A DNA stretch of 64,000 bases. Source: an uncultured Collinsella sp. GTDB lineage: Bacteria > Actinomycetota > Coriobacteriia > Coriobacteriales > Coriobacteriaceae. Position 1 is the first letter of the stretch. Every line of letters starts with the position of its first letter. Made by a program: the position numbers and the translations under genes. The stretch is from contig CABUDQ010000001.1 in the NCBI GenBank assembly GCA_902490365.1, positions 2,531 through 66,530 of the forward strand. Reading direction: 5' to 3'. Shown here in pieces: positions 18,914 through 28,137 of this stretch. A model generated the notes under the pieces. It did no database searches, was not told the origin of the DNA, and worked only from the letters and a program-made list of their open reading frames with translations.

Positions 18914-19546
18914 CTACATGCCCGCGAGACCGCGGGCGGCGGTGGCACACATAAACGCCAGGACCAGGATCACGAGCGAACCGGCAATATCTGCCAACAC
19001 GCCCGCAACACGGCGCTCAAACAGCCAGCTCTCAAAGTGCGGGGCAACGTTGCGCCAGACACGCCACAACAAGATGCCCATGCCGATGACGCCGGGAATA
19101 TTGAGCAGCAAAATCTCGGAGCACAAGAGGCCGATCAGGTTGCCGGCGGCAAAGCCCGCATCGCCCTCGCAGTATTTGCGATAGATCATGTACAGCATGT
19201 ACGCCACAAACGGCTGCAGGCACGCAGAGATAAACGCAACCACCATCGAGGGATCCTGAGAAAAGACATCGGTGAGCTTATCCACGCTCGTGGCATCCTT
19301 CGATGCCAAGAACAGACCAATGACCACCACAGGCACCACGCCCAAGATGACCTCGACCATCGTAAACAGTTTGGCGGTCAGGTCTTCGCTCGCCGTATTC
19401 AAATGAGGCGCCCACTCAGGATGAGCATGCGCGCCGACCTTCTTGCCCCTATCGGCACGCTCGGCCTTATCGCCCTCAACAACCCGACGCTCAGGATCCT
19501 TACGAGTCCCCGCCGCAGCAACCCGAGCCCGAGATTTCTTGCCCAT
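18914..19546 (-). CDS. Hypothetical membrane protein (about 4-5 TM)
   Basis: Charged N-terminus followed by hydrophobic segments; host-like codon usage; start uncertain (19546 or 19561). Confidence 0.7.
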   Translation of the reverse strand: MGKKSRARVAAAGTRKDPERRVVEGDKAERADRGKKVGAHAHPEWAPHLNTASEDLTAKLFTMVEVILGVVPVVVIGLFLASKDATSVDKLTDVFSQDPSMVVAFISACLQPFVAYMLYMIYRKYCEGDAGFAAGNLIGLLCSEILLLNIPGVIGMGILLWRVWRNVAPHFESWLFERRVAGVLADIAGSLVILVLAFMCATAARGLAGM

Positions 19547-19632
19547 ACAAAAACACCCCATCAGGTAGTAGATAAACTAAAAGTCGCTACCCAGTGTACC
19601 CCACCCATGAACGGTGCCGTCCCAACCAGCCC

Positions 19633-19809
19633 CCCATACAAAAACGTGCCGCCCCAATAGGGGCGGCACACAAACTTTTTTATCAGCTTTTCTGTAGCGA
19701 GCACGCAACGACCCGAAGCCGGAACGCAGGGCGGGGAAATACCTTTGCCTCGCGCGACCCTGCGGAGCCGTGAGCGAGAGGGAAAGGTATTTCCCCGCCC
19801 TGCGTTCCG
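19633..19809 (-). repeat. ~170-bp repeat, copy 2 (long hairpin plus terminator)
   Basis: Aligns with 18727-18896; hairpin 19720-19809 lies 20 nt after the rubrerythrin stop. Confidence 0.85.
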
Positions 19810-19828
19810 CAGCAGCCAGCGCCAAGCG

Positions 19829-20368
19829 CTAGTAGTTCACCACCTGCTCCTCAAAGTACGCCTTCGGGTGGTTACAAACCGGGCACACCTCGGGCGCCTC
19901 GGCACCCACATGCAGGTGCCCGCAGTTCAGGCACTTCCACACCTTTACGCCCTCGCGCTCAAACACCTCGCCCGACTCAATGCGCTCGACAAGCTTGTTG
20001 TAGCGCTCCTCGTGGGCCTTCTCGACGGCGGCGACACCACGGAACTTTGCGGCAATCTCGGCAAAGCCCTCTTCCTCGGCGGTCTTGGCAAACTCGTCGT
20101 ACATCGTGGTCCACTCGTAGTTCTCGCCCGCAGCGGCATCACGCAAGTTATCCAGGGTGTCGGGAACGGCGCCGTCGTGCAGATACTTAAACCACAGCTT
20201 GGCGTGCTCGGACTCGTTGCCTGCGGTCTCGGCAAAGATATTCGAGATCTGAACGTAGCCATCCTTCTTGGCCTTAGATGCGTAGTAGCGATACTTGGTG
20301 TGCGCCTGAGACTCACCGGCAAAAGCGGTCTCAAGGTTCTTCTTGGTCTGAGAGTTCTCAAAATCCAT
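19829..20368 (-). CDS. rbr: Rubrerythrin
   Basis: [32 protein letters not shown] di-iron motifs; C-terminal WKCLNCGH...CPVC rubredoxin domain. Confidence 0.95.
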   Translation of the reverse strand: MDFENSQTKKNLETAFAGESQAHTKYRYYASKAKKDGYVQISNIFAETAGNESEHAKLWFKYLHDGAVPDTLDNLRDAAAGENYEWTTMYDEFAKTAEEEGFAEIAAKFRGVAAVEKAHEERYNKLVERIESGEVFEREGVKVWKCLNCGHLHVGAEAPEVCPVCNHPKAYFEEQVVNY

Positions 20369-20482
20369 AGGTGTACTTCCCTTCAACACATGCCGCCCGT
20401 AGGCTTCGAGCGACCTTGTCTTTAGGATGCCCGCATGTCGAAAATCTAAACCTTGCAATCCTTTTCTTCAGATTCGGGTGGG

Positions 20483-21388
20483 CTACACGCTTAGCCAGCG
20501 CTCGCCCTCCACGCGGCAAAAGCCCTCACGCTCCAAGTCGGCCAAAATGCCTGCGACAAGATTCTGATCGACCGGCTCGCGGCCTGCCGCCGCCTCCATT
20601 TCGTTGACACCCACCACGGCCTCGGCGAGTGTGATGCCCGCCGGCCGCCCATCGCGCGCAGCCAGCAGCATGCGCACAATATGGGCGCGCTTTTGACGGC
20701 GCGAGCCCTCAAACTTGGACTGACGGCTATAGCTCGCCGAGCGCCTGGACGGATTGGGCAGCGTCTTCTTAAGATACGCGCCATAATCCAGCAGCGCGTA
20801 ATACCATGCGCGCGGTGTGTCGGCATCATCGAGCGGCACGGCAAAGGGAGCGATCTCATCCGCCGTCGTACCGGGAGCCGCCGGACAGGCGGCCTGAATC
20901 AGCGGCACCAGCTCGCGATCGGGAACGGCGGGCACATCGGGAAAGAAATGATGCAGAAAGACCGTGCGCACGTTGGTCTCCAGATACACACCCGGTAGAT
21001 CGAACGCAAACGATCGGATGCCCTGCGCCGTCGCCGGGCCAATACCGGGCAGGGCAACCAGGTCGCGCGTCTCACGTGGAAACTTCCCGTCCCAGTCCTC
21101 TACAACGCGCTGAGCGGCCTTGTGGAGCGCCAGGGCGCGTCGGTTGTAGCCCATCCCCTGCCAAGCGTCCAAAACATCGGAAGGCGCGGCCTGGGCAAGC
21201 GCCTGCACGGTTGGAAAGCGATCGAGCCACGCGGGCATACGCATCTCCACACGCTGCACCTGCGTTTGCTGCAGCATAACCTCGGAAAGCCAAATAATGT
21301 ACGGGTCGCGCGTGCGGCGCCACGGAAGGTCGCGATAACGCAGGACCCCTTCCGAACGAATCATCGAACGAAAGGGGTCCTGAATCAT
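20483..21388 (-). CDS. mutY: A/G-specific adenine glycosylase, Fe-S-cluster-less MutY variant
   Basis: RDLPWR, SEVMLQQT, WQGMGYNRRA, LPGIGPATA; no CX6CX2CX5C motif; ETNV replaces DGNV. Confidence 0.85.
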   Translation of the reverse strand: MIQDPFRSMIRSEGVLRYRDLPWRRTRDPYIIWLSEVMLQQTQVQRVEMRMPAWLDRFPTVQALAQAAPSDVLDAWQGMGYNRRALALHKAAQRVVEDWDGKFPRETRDLVALPGIGPATAQGIRSFAFDLPGVYLETNVRTVFLHHFFPDVPAVPDRELVPLIQAACPAAPGTTADEIAPFAVPLDDADTPRAWYYALLDYGAYLKKTLPNPSRRSASYSRQSKFEGSRRQKRAHIVRMLLAARDGRPAGITLAEAVVGVNEMEAAAGREPVDQNLVAGILADLEREGFCRVEGERWLSV

Positions 21389-21409
21389 GGCTATGCTCCT
21401 TATGCGGCG

Positions 21410-21895
21410 CTATTCCTCCCGGCAAGCGCACGCACAGGTGGCGTACTCGGGAAACGCATCGCGGTCGGCAAACTTGGGGTCGACGGCCGGGAACTGGCGG
21501 TGAGCGACGATATCGCCCAGCGAAACGGAATCGAGGTAGTCGCGCATCAACGCTTGAGCTCCGGCCCACAGAGGATGATAGCAGCACGTGCCCATGCGTG
21601 CGCAGTCGCCATCGGGCGCGGTGCAATCGTTCATGACCATGGGGCCCTGAACGGCCTCAACGACCTGGCGGATGGTGACATCGTCGGGGCTGACCTTAAG
21701 ACGCATGCCGCCATGGACGCCACGCAGGCTCTCCACAATACCGGCCTGAACCAAACCATGCTGGATTGAACGGGCAAACGAATACGGGACATTGACCTCT
21801 TCGGCGGCGGTGCGAACAGAAAGCAGACGCTCCGGGTCCTCGGCAAGCATCGCGAGCATGCGAAGGGCGTAATCAGTCTTCCTCGATATGTACAT
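21410..21895 (-). CDS. Rrf2-family transcriptional regulator with Cys ligands (IscR/NsrR-like)
   Basis: SRKTDYALR, SLRGVHGG, VEAVQG, then DCTAPDGDCARMGTCCYHPLW. Confidence 0.9.
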   Translation of the reverse strand: MYISRKTDYALRMLAMLAEDPERLLSVRTAAEEVNVPYSFARSIQHGLVQAGIVESLRGVHGGMRLKVSPDDVTIRQVVEAVQGPMVMNDCTAPDGDCARMGTCCYHPLWAGAQALMRDYLDSVSLGDIVAHRQFPAVDPKFADRDAFPEYATCACACREE

Positions 21896-22202
21896 TTTTC
21901 CCCTTTCAAGGAATAGGAACAGCTCGAACGAGCTCCGGGGCCGAGCTTACGTCGAGACGCCAATGACCGTATGGACGCCCAAATAGCAAAACGGGTGCCC
22001 ACTGAATGCCGCGCTTGAAGCCTCTTGCATCAAAAACGGCACACAGTGCAATTCAGTATAACCTAACCCCCTGCTTCGTTGAACAGGTGTTGCGCAACAA
22101 ACGTCTTGTTTGAACACTTGTCTCATACGGAGCTTGTCCGGGAATTGGAAAGATCTGCTTTTGGGCGAAAGGAGCCGATGGGATCAAGGTCCTATCAAAC
22201 GC

Positions 22203-22230
22203 AAAAAGCCACGTCCGAAGACGTGGCTTT
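22203..22230 (-). terminator. Terminator downstream of tRNA-Asp
   Basis: AAAAAGCCACGTC-CGAA-GACGTGGCTTT. Confidence 0.8.
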
Positions 22231-22238
22231 AATTGCGT

Positions 22239-22316
<78 letters not shown>

Positions 22317-22424
22317 AGGCAGTCGTTCGCGTTTGTTTCCGCTCGCGTGCGTTGCGGGAATTAGTATACACAGAAGTCTGTCCGGTGCGCAACAACTTTT
22401 TTGAAAATAATTTTTTGGCCCTCC

Positions 22425-22569
22425 GGGAGGGTCTCCGGGGCCGGCTGGCGCGGGTTAAGTTTGCTGCTCTACAGTCCTGCGCAAGACGGAAAGCACATTA
22501 AGTGCTTTCCTTTGCGTGCGGAACTCGCGACAAACTTAACCCGCGCCAGCCGGCCCCGGAGACCCTCCC
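22425..22569. repeat. 145-bp palindromic element with 39-bp perfect arms
   Basis: 22425-22463 is the exact reverse complement of 22531-22569; apical GGAAAGCAC-ATTAA-GTGCTTTCC. Confidence 0.9.
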
Positions 22570-22685
22570 TGCCGTCACATTGTTCAACCAGTTTTGCGGG
22601 CGTGCGCCGCTGCGCGGCTAGCCCGCGTGCTCCGCGGCGGGGTTGGTCTGATGGATCTTGTTGAACTTCGGCCTTTGGCTCAAAG

Positions 22686-22720
22686 AAAAACGGGAGACGC
22701 GATCTGCATCCCCCGTTTTT
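22686..22720. terminator. Bidirectional-type terminator after the phosphoesterase gene
   Basis: AAAAACGGG...CCCGTTTTT. Confidence 0.7.
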
Positions 22721-22727
22721 GTTGCGG

Positions 22728-23195
22728 TTACTCCAAGTCAATAAACTTGGTGCTCAGAATCTTGCCGTCTTTGACGAGCATTCTGGCCATGGTGGGGCCT
22801 CGGCTGCCTCTGGGGTAGCTGGCGCTGCCGGGATTGAGGACCAGGCAGCGGCCCACTTGGGCTTCTTTGGTTACGTGGGTGTGACCGTTGATGGCTACGT
22901 CTACGGATCCCACGGGCAGGTCTTCGCGGTAGTGGGCTACAGCGAATTTGAGGCCTTCGTAGGTAAAGAGGGCCAGACGGTCAACATCCGGGCCGTAGTC
23001 GCGGTAGTAGTCGTTGTTGCCTAGGACCGCTCGCACGGGGGCGATGGTGCATAGATGCTCGTAATCCATCTCTGACGTGAGGTCTCCGGCGTGGATGATT
23101 AGATCTGCGCCCTTGAGCTCGTCCAGAAGCGCGGGCGAAAGATAGCCGTGGGTGTCCGAGATGATGTCGATGCGCTTGGCGCCTGCACTGTTCAT
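22728..23195 (-). CDS. Metallophosphoesterase (YfcE/MJ0936 family)
   Basis: ISDTHG, HAGD, GNND, GHTH, NPGS. Confidence 0.92.
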   Translation of the reverse strand: MNSAGAKRIDIISDTHGYLSPALLDELKGADLIIHAGDLTSEMDYEHLCTIAPVRAVLGNNDYYRDYGPDVDRLALFTYEGLKFAVAHYREDLPVGSVDVAINGHTHVTKEAQVGRCLVLNPGSASYPRGSRGPTMARMLVKDGKILSTKFIDLE

Positions 23196-23286
23196 GAGAT
23201 CCCTTCTGCAAAACCGATTCGGCGTATATACAAAAAGCCCCACGGCTCCGCAGACAATTGGTCTACAGGGCTGCGGGGCCAGTGTG

Positions 23287-24003
23287 CTAGAGGCTCAGGG
23301 CCTTCTTGAGCGGCACAACGCGGCGGCGCGAAACCGGCACGCGTTCGTCGACGCCCGTAATGCCCAGTTGGATAGCGCCCGAGGGCACCGTCTCGACATC
23401 CGTGACGCACGCCAAGTTGACGATATAGCGGCGATGAACGCGAAAGAAGCCAAAGTCGCAAAGCTTGGCCTCGAACTGCGCCAGCGAAGTCGTCGATAGA
23501 AAACGATCATCGACGGTATAGATACAGGAGTAATCGTCCTTGGCCATGATGAAGCGAATGTCATCCACGGGAATGAGGACTTTACGGCCGCCCTTTTCCA
23601 CCGGAATGCGCTCGATGGTGGCTTTGCTGTCCGTGACGGGCTTGGCGCGCTGCATGACCTTCTCGATCGCGCGATCCAGGCGCGCCTCCTCAACCGGCTT
23701 CATTAGGTAATCGACGGCATCTACGTCGAACGCCTCGACGGCATGATCGCTATACGCAGTCACAAACACAATCGCCGGCGGATTCTTAAGCTTATGCAGT
23801 GCCTCGGCAAGCTGCAGACCAGAAGCACCGGGCATCGAGATATCGAGAAATACGACATCGACGCGGCTTTCCATCAACATCTCAATGGCGGAGCGGACGC
23901 TCGACGCCTCAGTGATCGTGCCGATCTTGCCCGTCTGCTCGAGCAAGAAGCGAAGTTCCGAACGGGCCGGGGCCTCATCATCCACAATCATCGCACGCAG
24001 CAT
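23287..24003 (-). CDS. LytTR-family response regulator (system 1)
   Basis: IVDDE, FLDISMP, FVTAY, DYLMKP; LytTR FFRVHRRYIVN and VPVSRR. Confidence 0.93.
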   Translation of the reverse strand: MLRAMIVDDEAPARSELRFLLEQTGKIGTITEASSVRSAIEMLMESRVDVVFLDISMPGASGLQLAEALHKLKNPPAIVFVTAYSDHAVEAFDVDAVDYLMKPVEEARLDRAIEKVMQRAKPVTDSKATIERIPVEKGGRKVLIPVDDIRFIMAKDDYSCIYTVDDRFLSTTSLAQFEAKLCDFGFFRVHRRYIVNLACVTDVETVPSGAIQLGITGVDERVPVSRRRVVPLKKALSL

Positions 24004-24075
24004 AGGGATTAAACCTTTCGTCAACAAACTACGCCGGGCATCCGCCGCTTGGCGTTGAGCCCATAGCCTTTTATT

Positions 24076-25419
24076 TTACTCTTGAATGTCAAAGATGCTC
24101 TCCGACAAATCAAGGTGCAGGAGCACTTTGGTGCCCTTGCCCGGCGCCGATTCGACGCGCGTATAAGAGTGCGGTCCATAAAAGCGATGGATGCGCTCAG
24201 AAATATTGTGCATGGCCACACCGGCGCCGCCGCCTTGCGGGGAACTGGCATCGGGGCGGGCGGAGCGCTCATCAAACAGCCTGGCGGCGGTGCCCTCGTC
24301 CATGCCCACGCCGTTGTCGGCTACGGCAATCAGGATTGCGTCGTCGCCGTCTTGATGGACGGTCACGTCGATCCGCAGGGCATCGTCATCGCCCATGCCA
24401 TGCCGCACGGCGTTCTCGACGATGGGCTGGATTACAAAGGCCGGGACCAACGTGTCCTCGACATCCTCGGAGACATCGAAGGTCGCCAGTACGCGGTCCT
24501 CGCCAAAGCGCGCCTTCTCAAACGTCAGGTAGCGCTTGGTCTGGGCAACCTCGCGCGAGACCGGGATAAGCGACCCCGAGTTGTCGAGCGTGGCGCGATA
24601 GAACGAGGAGAACTCGCGCAGCAGCTCGCGGGCACGCAGCGGATCGGTGCGTGTAAACGACGCGATGGTGTTGAGCGTGTTAAACAGAAAGTGCGGATTG
24701 ATCTGCGCTTGCAGAGCACGAACCTCGGCACGGGCCGTGAGCTCCTTTTGCACCTCGAGCTCGTGGATGGCGAGCTGCGTGGACAGGATCTCGGCAAAAC
24801 CCGAGGCGAGCGCATACTGGGTGCGGTCTACGGCGCGCGGGGTCTTGTAGTAGAACTTGAGCGTGCCGACGGTGCGATCGCCCACCTTGATGGGCGCGAT
24901 GATACCGGCGGGAACATGGTTGTGCGAACCGTCCGAACCCACCACGTCCACCACGCGGTTGAACGACTGCACGATGCCGTGCTCAATAACGTAGCGCGTG
25001 GCAAGCGTGTGGATGGGCGAATCGGGCAGCAGCTTTTCCTCGAACTCGCCCGCGCAGGCCAGCACGTTGCCCTCATCGGTGATGGCAACGGTCATGGCAC
25101 GTGTCTCGGGCAGGATACGCCGGCACACCAAAAGCGCCGATTCCTGCGTCAGACCGCCCTTAATGTCCTCGAGCATGGCCGAGGCAACCGAGAGCGTCTC
25201 CTCGGTGTACTGGGAGCGTACCGAATCGGGATTGAGCGTCAAAAAGATAAAGATGCACAGGAAGATGCACAGCAGCGCGCAGGCAATCACCGTGGCAATC
25301 GGCTCAATGCCAGTCGCCAGGGCAAAGATAAAGTACGCCAACACGCAAACGGCGCAGACAACGGCGATGATGCGAAAGATTGAAATTGAATTATCGCGCT
25401 GGGCGCGGCGGTCGATCAT
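24076..25419 (-). CDS. LytS/YpdA-type sensor histidine kinase (system 1; 2 TM plus GAF-like domain)
   Basis: ALQAQINPHFLFNTLN, QPIVENAVRHG, DNGVG, GKGT. Confidence 0.92.
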   Translation of the reverse strand: MIDRRAQRDNSISIFRIIAVVCAVCVLAYFIFALATGIEPIATVIACALLCIFLCIFIFLTLNPDSVRSQYTEETLSVASAMLEDIKGGLTQESALLVCRRILPETRAMTVAITDEGNVLACAGEFEEKLLPDSPIHTLATRYVIEHGIVQSFNRVVDVVGSDGSHNHVPAGIIAPIKVGDRTVGTLKFYYKTPRAVDRTQYALASGFAEILSTQLAIHELEVQKELTARAEVRALQAQINPHFLFNTLNTIASFTRTDPLRARELLREFSSFYRATLDNSGSLIPVSREVAQTKRYLTFEKARFGEDRVLATFDVSEDVEDTLVPAFVIQPIVENAVRHGMGDDDALRIDVTVHQDGDDAILIAVADNGVGMDEGTAARLFDERSARPDASSPQGGGAGVAMHNISERIHRFYGPHSYTRVESAPGKGTKVLLHLDLSESIFDIQE

Positions 25420-26603
25420 TCAGCCCCCTCCAGGATGCTAATCAGTTGTGCGTCGCGCCAAAGTTCGTCCATGATCTTGGGCCAGAAACTCTGAAAACGC
25501 AGGTAGCTTGCGGCGTTTTGGCGGGCATAGGTCTTGGCCTCGTCAATACCATGACGCCAGATGCGCAGATACCCCTCGTGCTCGCGGGTAAACATGCTGC
25601 GAACCATGGCGGTCTTGCGCACGCGGTCGTCGAGCTCGCGCGAGATCCACGGACCCGGATAGGGCATGAGCGATGCGGCCGTAACCGGAATGAGCTCCTT
25701 TTGGTGCGCAGCGAACGTCAGCTTGGCCCGCTCGTAGTACCAACGGTACACGTCCTGCATAAAGCGCGGCGAGCGCTTCTCGGACTCGGGCGGCAGGTGG
25801 CGCACGGCCCACTCGTTATCGAACCACACGTCATAGCCGAACATGCGCATGTTAAACAGGTAGTCCAGATCCTCGCCGCGGGTGATAAACGGGTCGAAGG
25901 CCACACGCGTAAAGGCGCGGGCGTGCAGGGCCATCAGGCCGCCGCATACGTAATTGGAGCGCGAGATGCGGGTGCCCGAGAGCGCCTTTTTCATCCAGCG
26001 ATTGAACTCGATACGCTTGGTCCACCAGCGATGGCAAATGCCCACTTTGTCCGTGGGAGCCAGCGGCGACCCGTCGCGATCGTAAAAGTATCCGCTCTTG
26101 ACTAAAATCGGCAGGCCCTGACGCGTCTGCTGGCCCAGCGCATAGGTCGCACGCTTCATAAAGTCGGCATCGATGACGGTCTCGTCGTCATCCAAAAACA
26201 CAACCGCGTCGTGCCCCAGCACCGCCGCGCAGGCAAGACCCATGTTGCGGATGGCGCCGTAGCCGCGCAGGCTCACGCACTCGCCCGAGCCTTTGGGCGC
26301 AATCTGTGCCACGCGGTCGGCAACACGCGAAGCCTGAGTATTAGTAACGACGGTGACCTTAAGTGTGGGATGCGCATTAACGATTTCGTGCACGCGATGG
26401 GATACGTCGGGTGTGGCAGAAACCGGACAGACCACCAAGAGAATGATGCGCGGAATGTCGCGCACCTGTTCGAGTGAAGTCAGGCAGCGATCGAGTTCCG
26501 GGTTGGCGGCATTGAGCGACGTCGAGTGATCGTAGGTGCCGGGAGCGTTTGCTTGGGTATCATCGCCCGCCCAATATGTTGGGATCACAACCGTGGCGTT
26601 CAT
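25416..26603 (-). CDS. Glycosyltransferase family 2-like protein
   Basis: VVIPTY, GYGAIRN, FLDDDE (DxD), RGEDLD; stop overlaps the kinase start (ATGA). Confidence 0.7.
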   Translation of the reverse strand: MNATVVIPTYWAGDDTQANAPGTYDHSTSLNAANPELDRCLTSLEQVRDIPRIILLVVCPVSATPDVSHRVHEIVNAHPTLKVTVVTNTQASRVADRVAQIAPKGSGECVSLRGYGAIRNMGLACAAVLGHDAVVFLDDDETVIDADFMKRATYALGQQTRQGLPILVKSGYFYDRDGSPLAPTDKVGICHRWWTKRIEFNRWMKKALSGTRISRSNYVCGGLMALHARAFTRVAFDPFITRGEDLDYLFNMRMFGYDVWFDNEWAVRHLPPESEKRSPRFMQDVYRWYYERAKLTFAAHQKELIPVTAASLMPYPGPWISRELDDRVRKTAMVRSMFTREHEGYLRIWRHGIDEAKTYARQNAASYLRFQSFWPKIMDELWRDAQLISILEGAE

Positions 26604-26785
26604 ACCTTTACCCTCCTTGCAACACAAAAACGGGGCGCCGCCAAACACAGGCGACGCCCCGCGACCTAGCTGATTCCATCATACCCACTTGGGCTAAACA
26701 TTGCTCGGAAGTCAGAATGATTTATGCGGCTACTTCCAAAAGAGTACTGTAGATAGGCACAATTGCTGTACTGAGCCCTGTTGCC

Positions 26786-28036
26786 TTACGCCGCCGCCTG
26801 AGTCATGCGGGACAGGCGGACCAGCAGCATAAAGCCAACAACCAGCAGCACGCCAATGGAAAGGACGCCCAGCGACGGGTTGCCGGTCAGCGAGGTGACG
26901 ACCGACACTAGAAAGGTGCCCATGACGCTTGCATAACGACCAAAGATGTCAAAGAAGCCGTAGTACTCGTTGGATTTTTCTTTAGGGATAATGCGGCCAA
27001 AGTAGCTACGGCTGAGCGCTTGCACGCCGCCCTGGAACAGGCCGACCATAATGGCAAGCACCCAGAACTCAAAGGCGGTCTTTAGGAAGAACGCGGCGAA
27101 CAGCACAATGCCCATGTAGGCGGCGACCGCCACCAGAATCATGTTGAGCGTGCCCACGCGGCCGGCGAGCTTACCGTAGATGATGGCGGACGGGAAGGCC
27201 ACAAACTGCGTAACGAGCAGAGCCAGCACCAGTTGGGTCGAGTCGATGCCCAGAGCCGATCCGTAGCTGGTTGCCATGGAAATAACCGTGTGCACACCGT
27301 CGATGTAGAAGAAGAACGCGATCATGTAGACCAGTACGGTCTTGTTGTGGGCAATCTCGCGCATGGTGTGTCCGACCTCGGAGAACACACCGCCCACGAT
27401 GTGGCCGATGGTGTCCTCGGGACCGCGCTCGCGACCGTACTTTTGCTTATAGGTGCGAATGAGCGGCAGGGTAAAGATGAGCCACCAGGCACCAGTGATG
27501 ATAAACGACAGACGCGTTGCCAGCATGGTGGGGACGCCAAGAGCGGGGCCACCCATGATAAGCGCCAAGCAGATGATGAACGGCACGGTGGAACCGATGT
27601 AGCCCCAGGCATAACCCGAGCTGGACACGGCGTCCATGCGCTCGTCGGTGGTAATGTCAGGCAGCATAGCGTCGTAGAACGTCATAGAAGAGTTAAGGCC
27701 GATGGTGCACAGCACGTACACGGTCAAAAATGCCATGGCGGACATTGGGATAGCCTGCGCCAGGCAAAGAACCAGGCCCGTGAGGAAGAAGCCCAAGAAG
27801 AACTTAATCTTGTTGCCGGCGTAATCGGCAAGCGCGCCCAGAATGGGCATGAGCATGGCAATGACCAGCGAGGCAATCGTCTGAGCGTTGCCCCAAGCGA
27901 CCACCAGGTCTGCCGAGGAAGCACCGGTATTGATGGCGTTAAAGTAGATGGGCACCACCGAGGTATTGAGCAGTACGAGGGCCGAGTTTCCCACATCGTA
28001 CATGACCCAGTTACGCTCGAGCTTGGTGTATTTCAT
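26786..28036 (-). CDS. MFS transporter (UMF1/Atg22-like)
   Basis: WVMYDVGNSA, GYAWGYIG, QALSRSY; about 12 TM. Confidence 0.88.
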   Translation of the reverse strand: MKYTKLERNWVMYDVGNSALVLLNTSVVPIYFNAINTGASSADLVVAWGNAQTIASLVIAMLMPILGALADYAGNKIKFFLGFFLTGLVLCLAQAIPMSAMAFLTVYVLCTIGLNSSMTFYDAMLPDITTDERMDAVSSSGYAWGYIGSTVPFIICLALIMGGPALGVPTMLATRLSFIITGAWWLIFTLPLIRTYKQKYGRERGPEDTIGHIVGGVFSEVGHTMREIAHNKTVLVYMIAFFFYIDGVHTVISMATSYGSALGIDSTQLVLALLVTQFVAFPSAIIYGKLAGRVGTLNMILVAVAAYMGIVLFAAFFLKTAFEFWVLAIMVGLFQGGVQALSRSYFGRIIPKEKSNEYYGFFDIFGRYASVMGTFLVSVVTSLTGNPSLGVLSIGVLLVVGFMLLVRLSRMTQAAA

Positions 28037-28137
28037 GGACAGGGACCCTTCGTATTCGCCCGATATGCAGTTAGTTCATCGTACCCCAATTGTCCAGAAG
28101 CGCCGGTAAGGATTCGGCAAAGGGGCACGCACGAGCC

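Noticed and set aside
21896..22055. Riboswitch in the ~150-nt Rrf2 leader (and in the APC permease leader)
   Set aside because: No known aptamer consensus recognised by eye; an Rfam scan would be needed.
22079..22095. LexA (SOS) box upstream of the Rrf2-mutY unit
   Set aside because: GAAC-AGGT-GTTG is a mismatch to GAAC-N4-GTTC with poor flanks; insufficient support.
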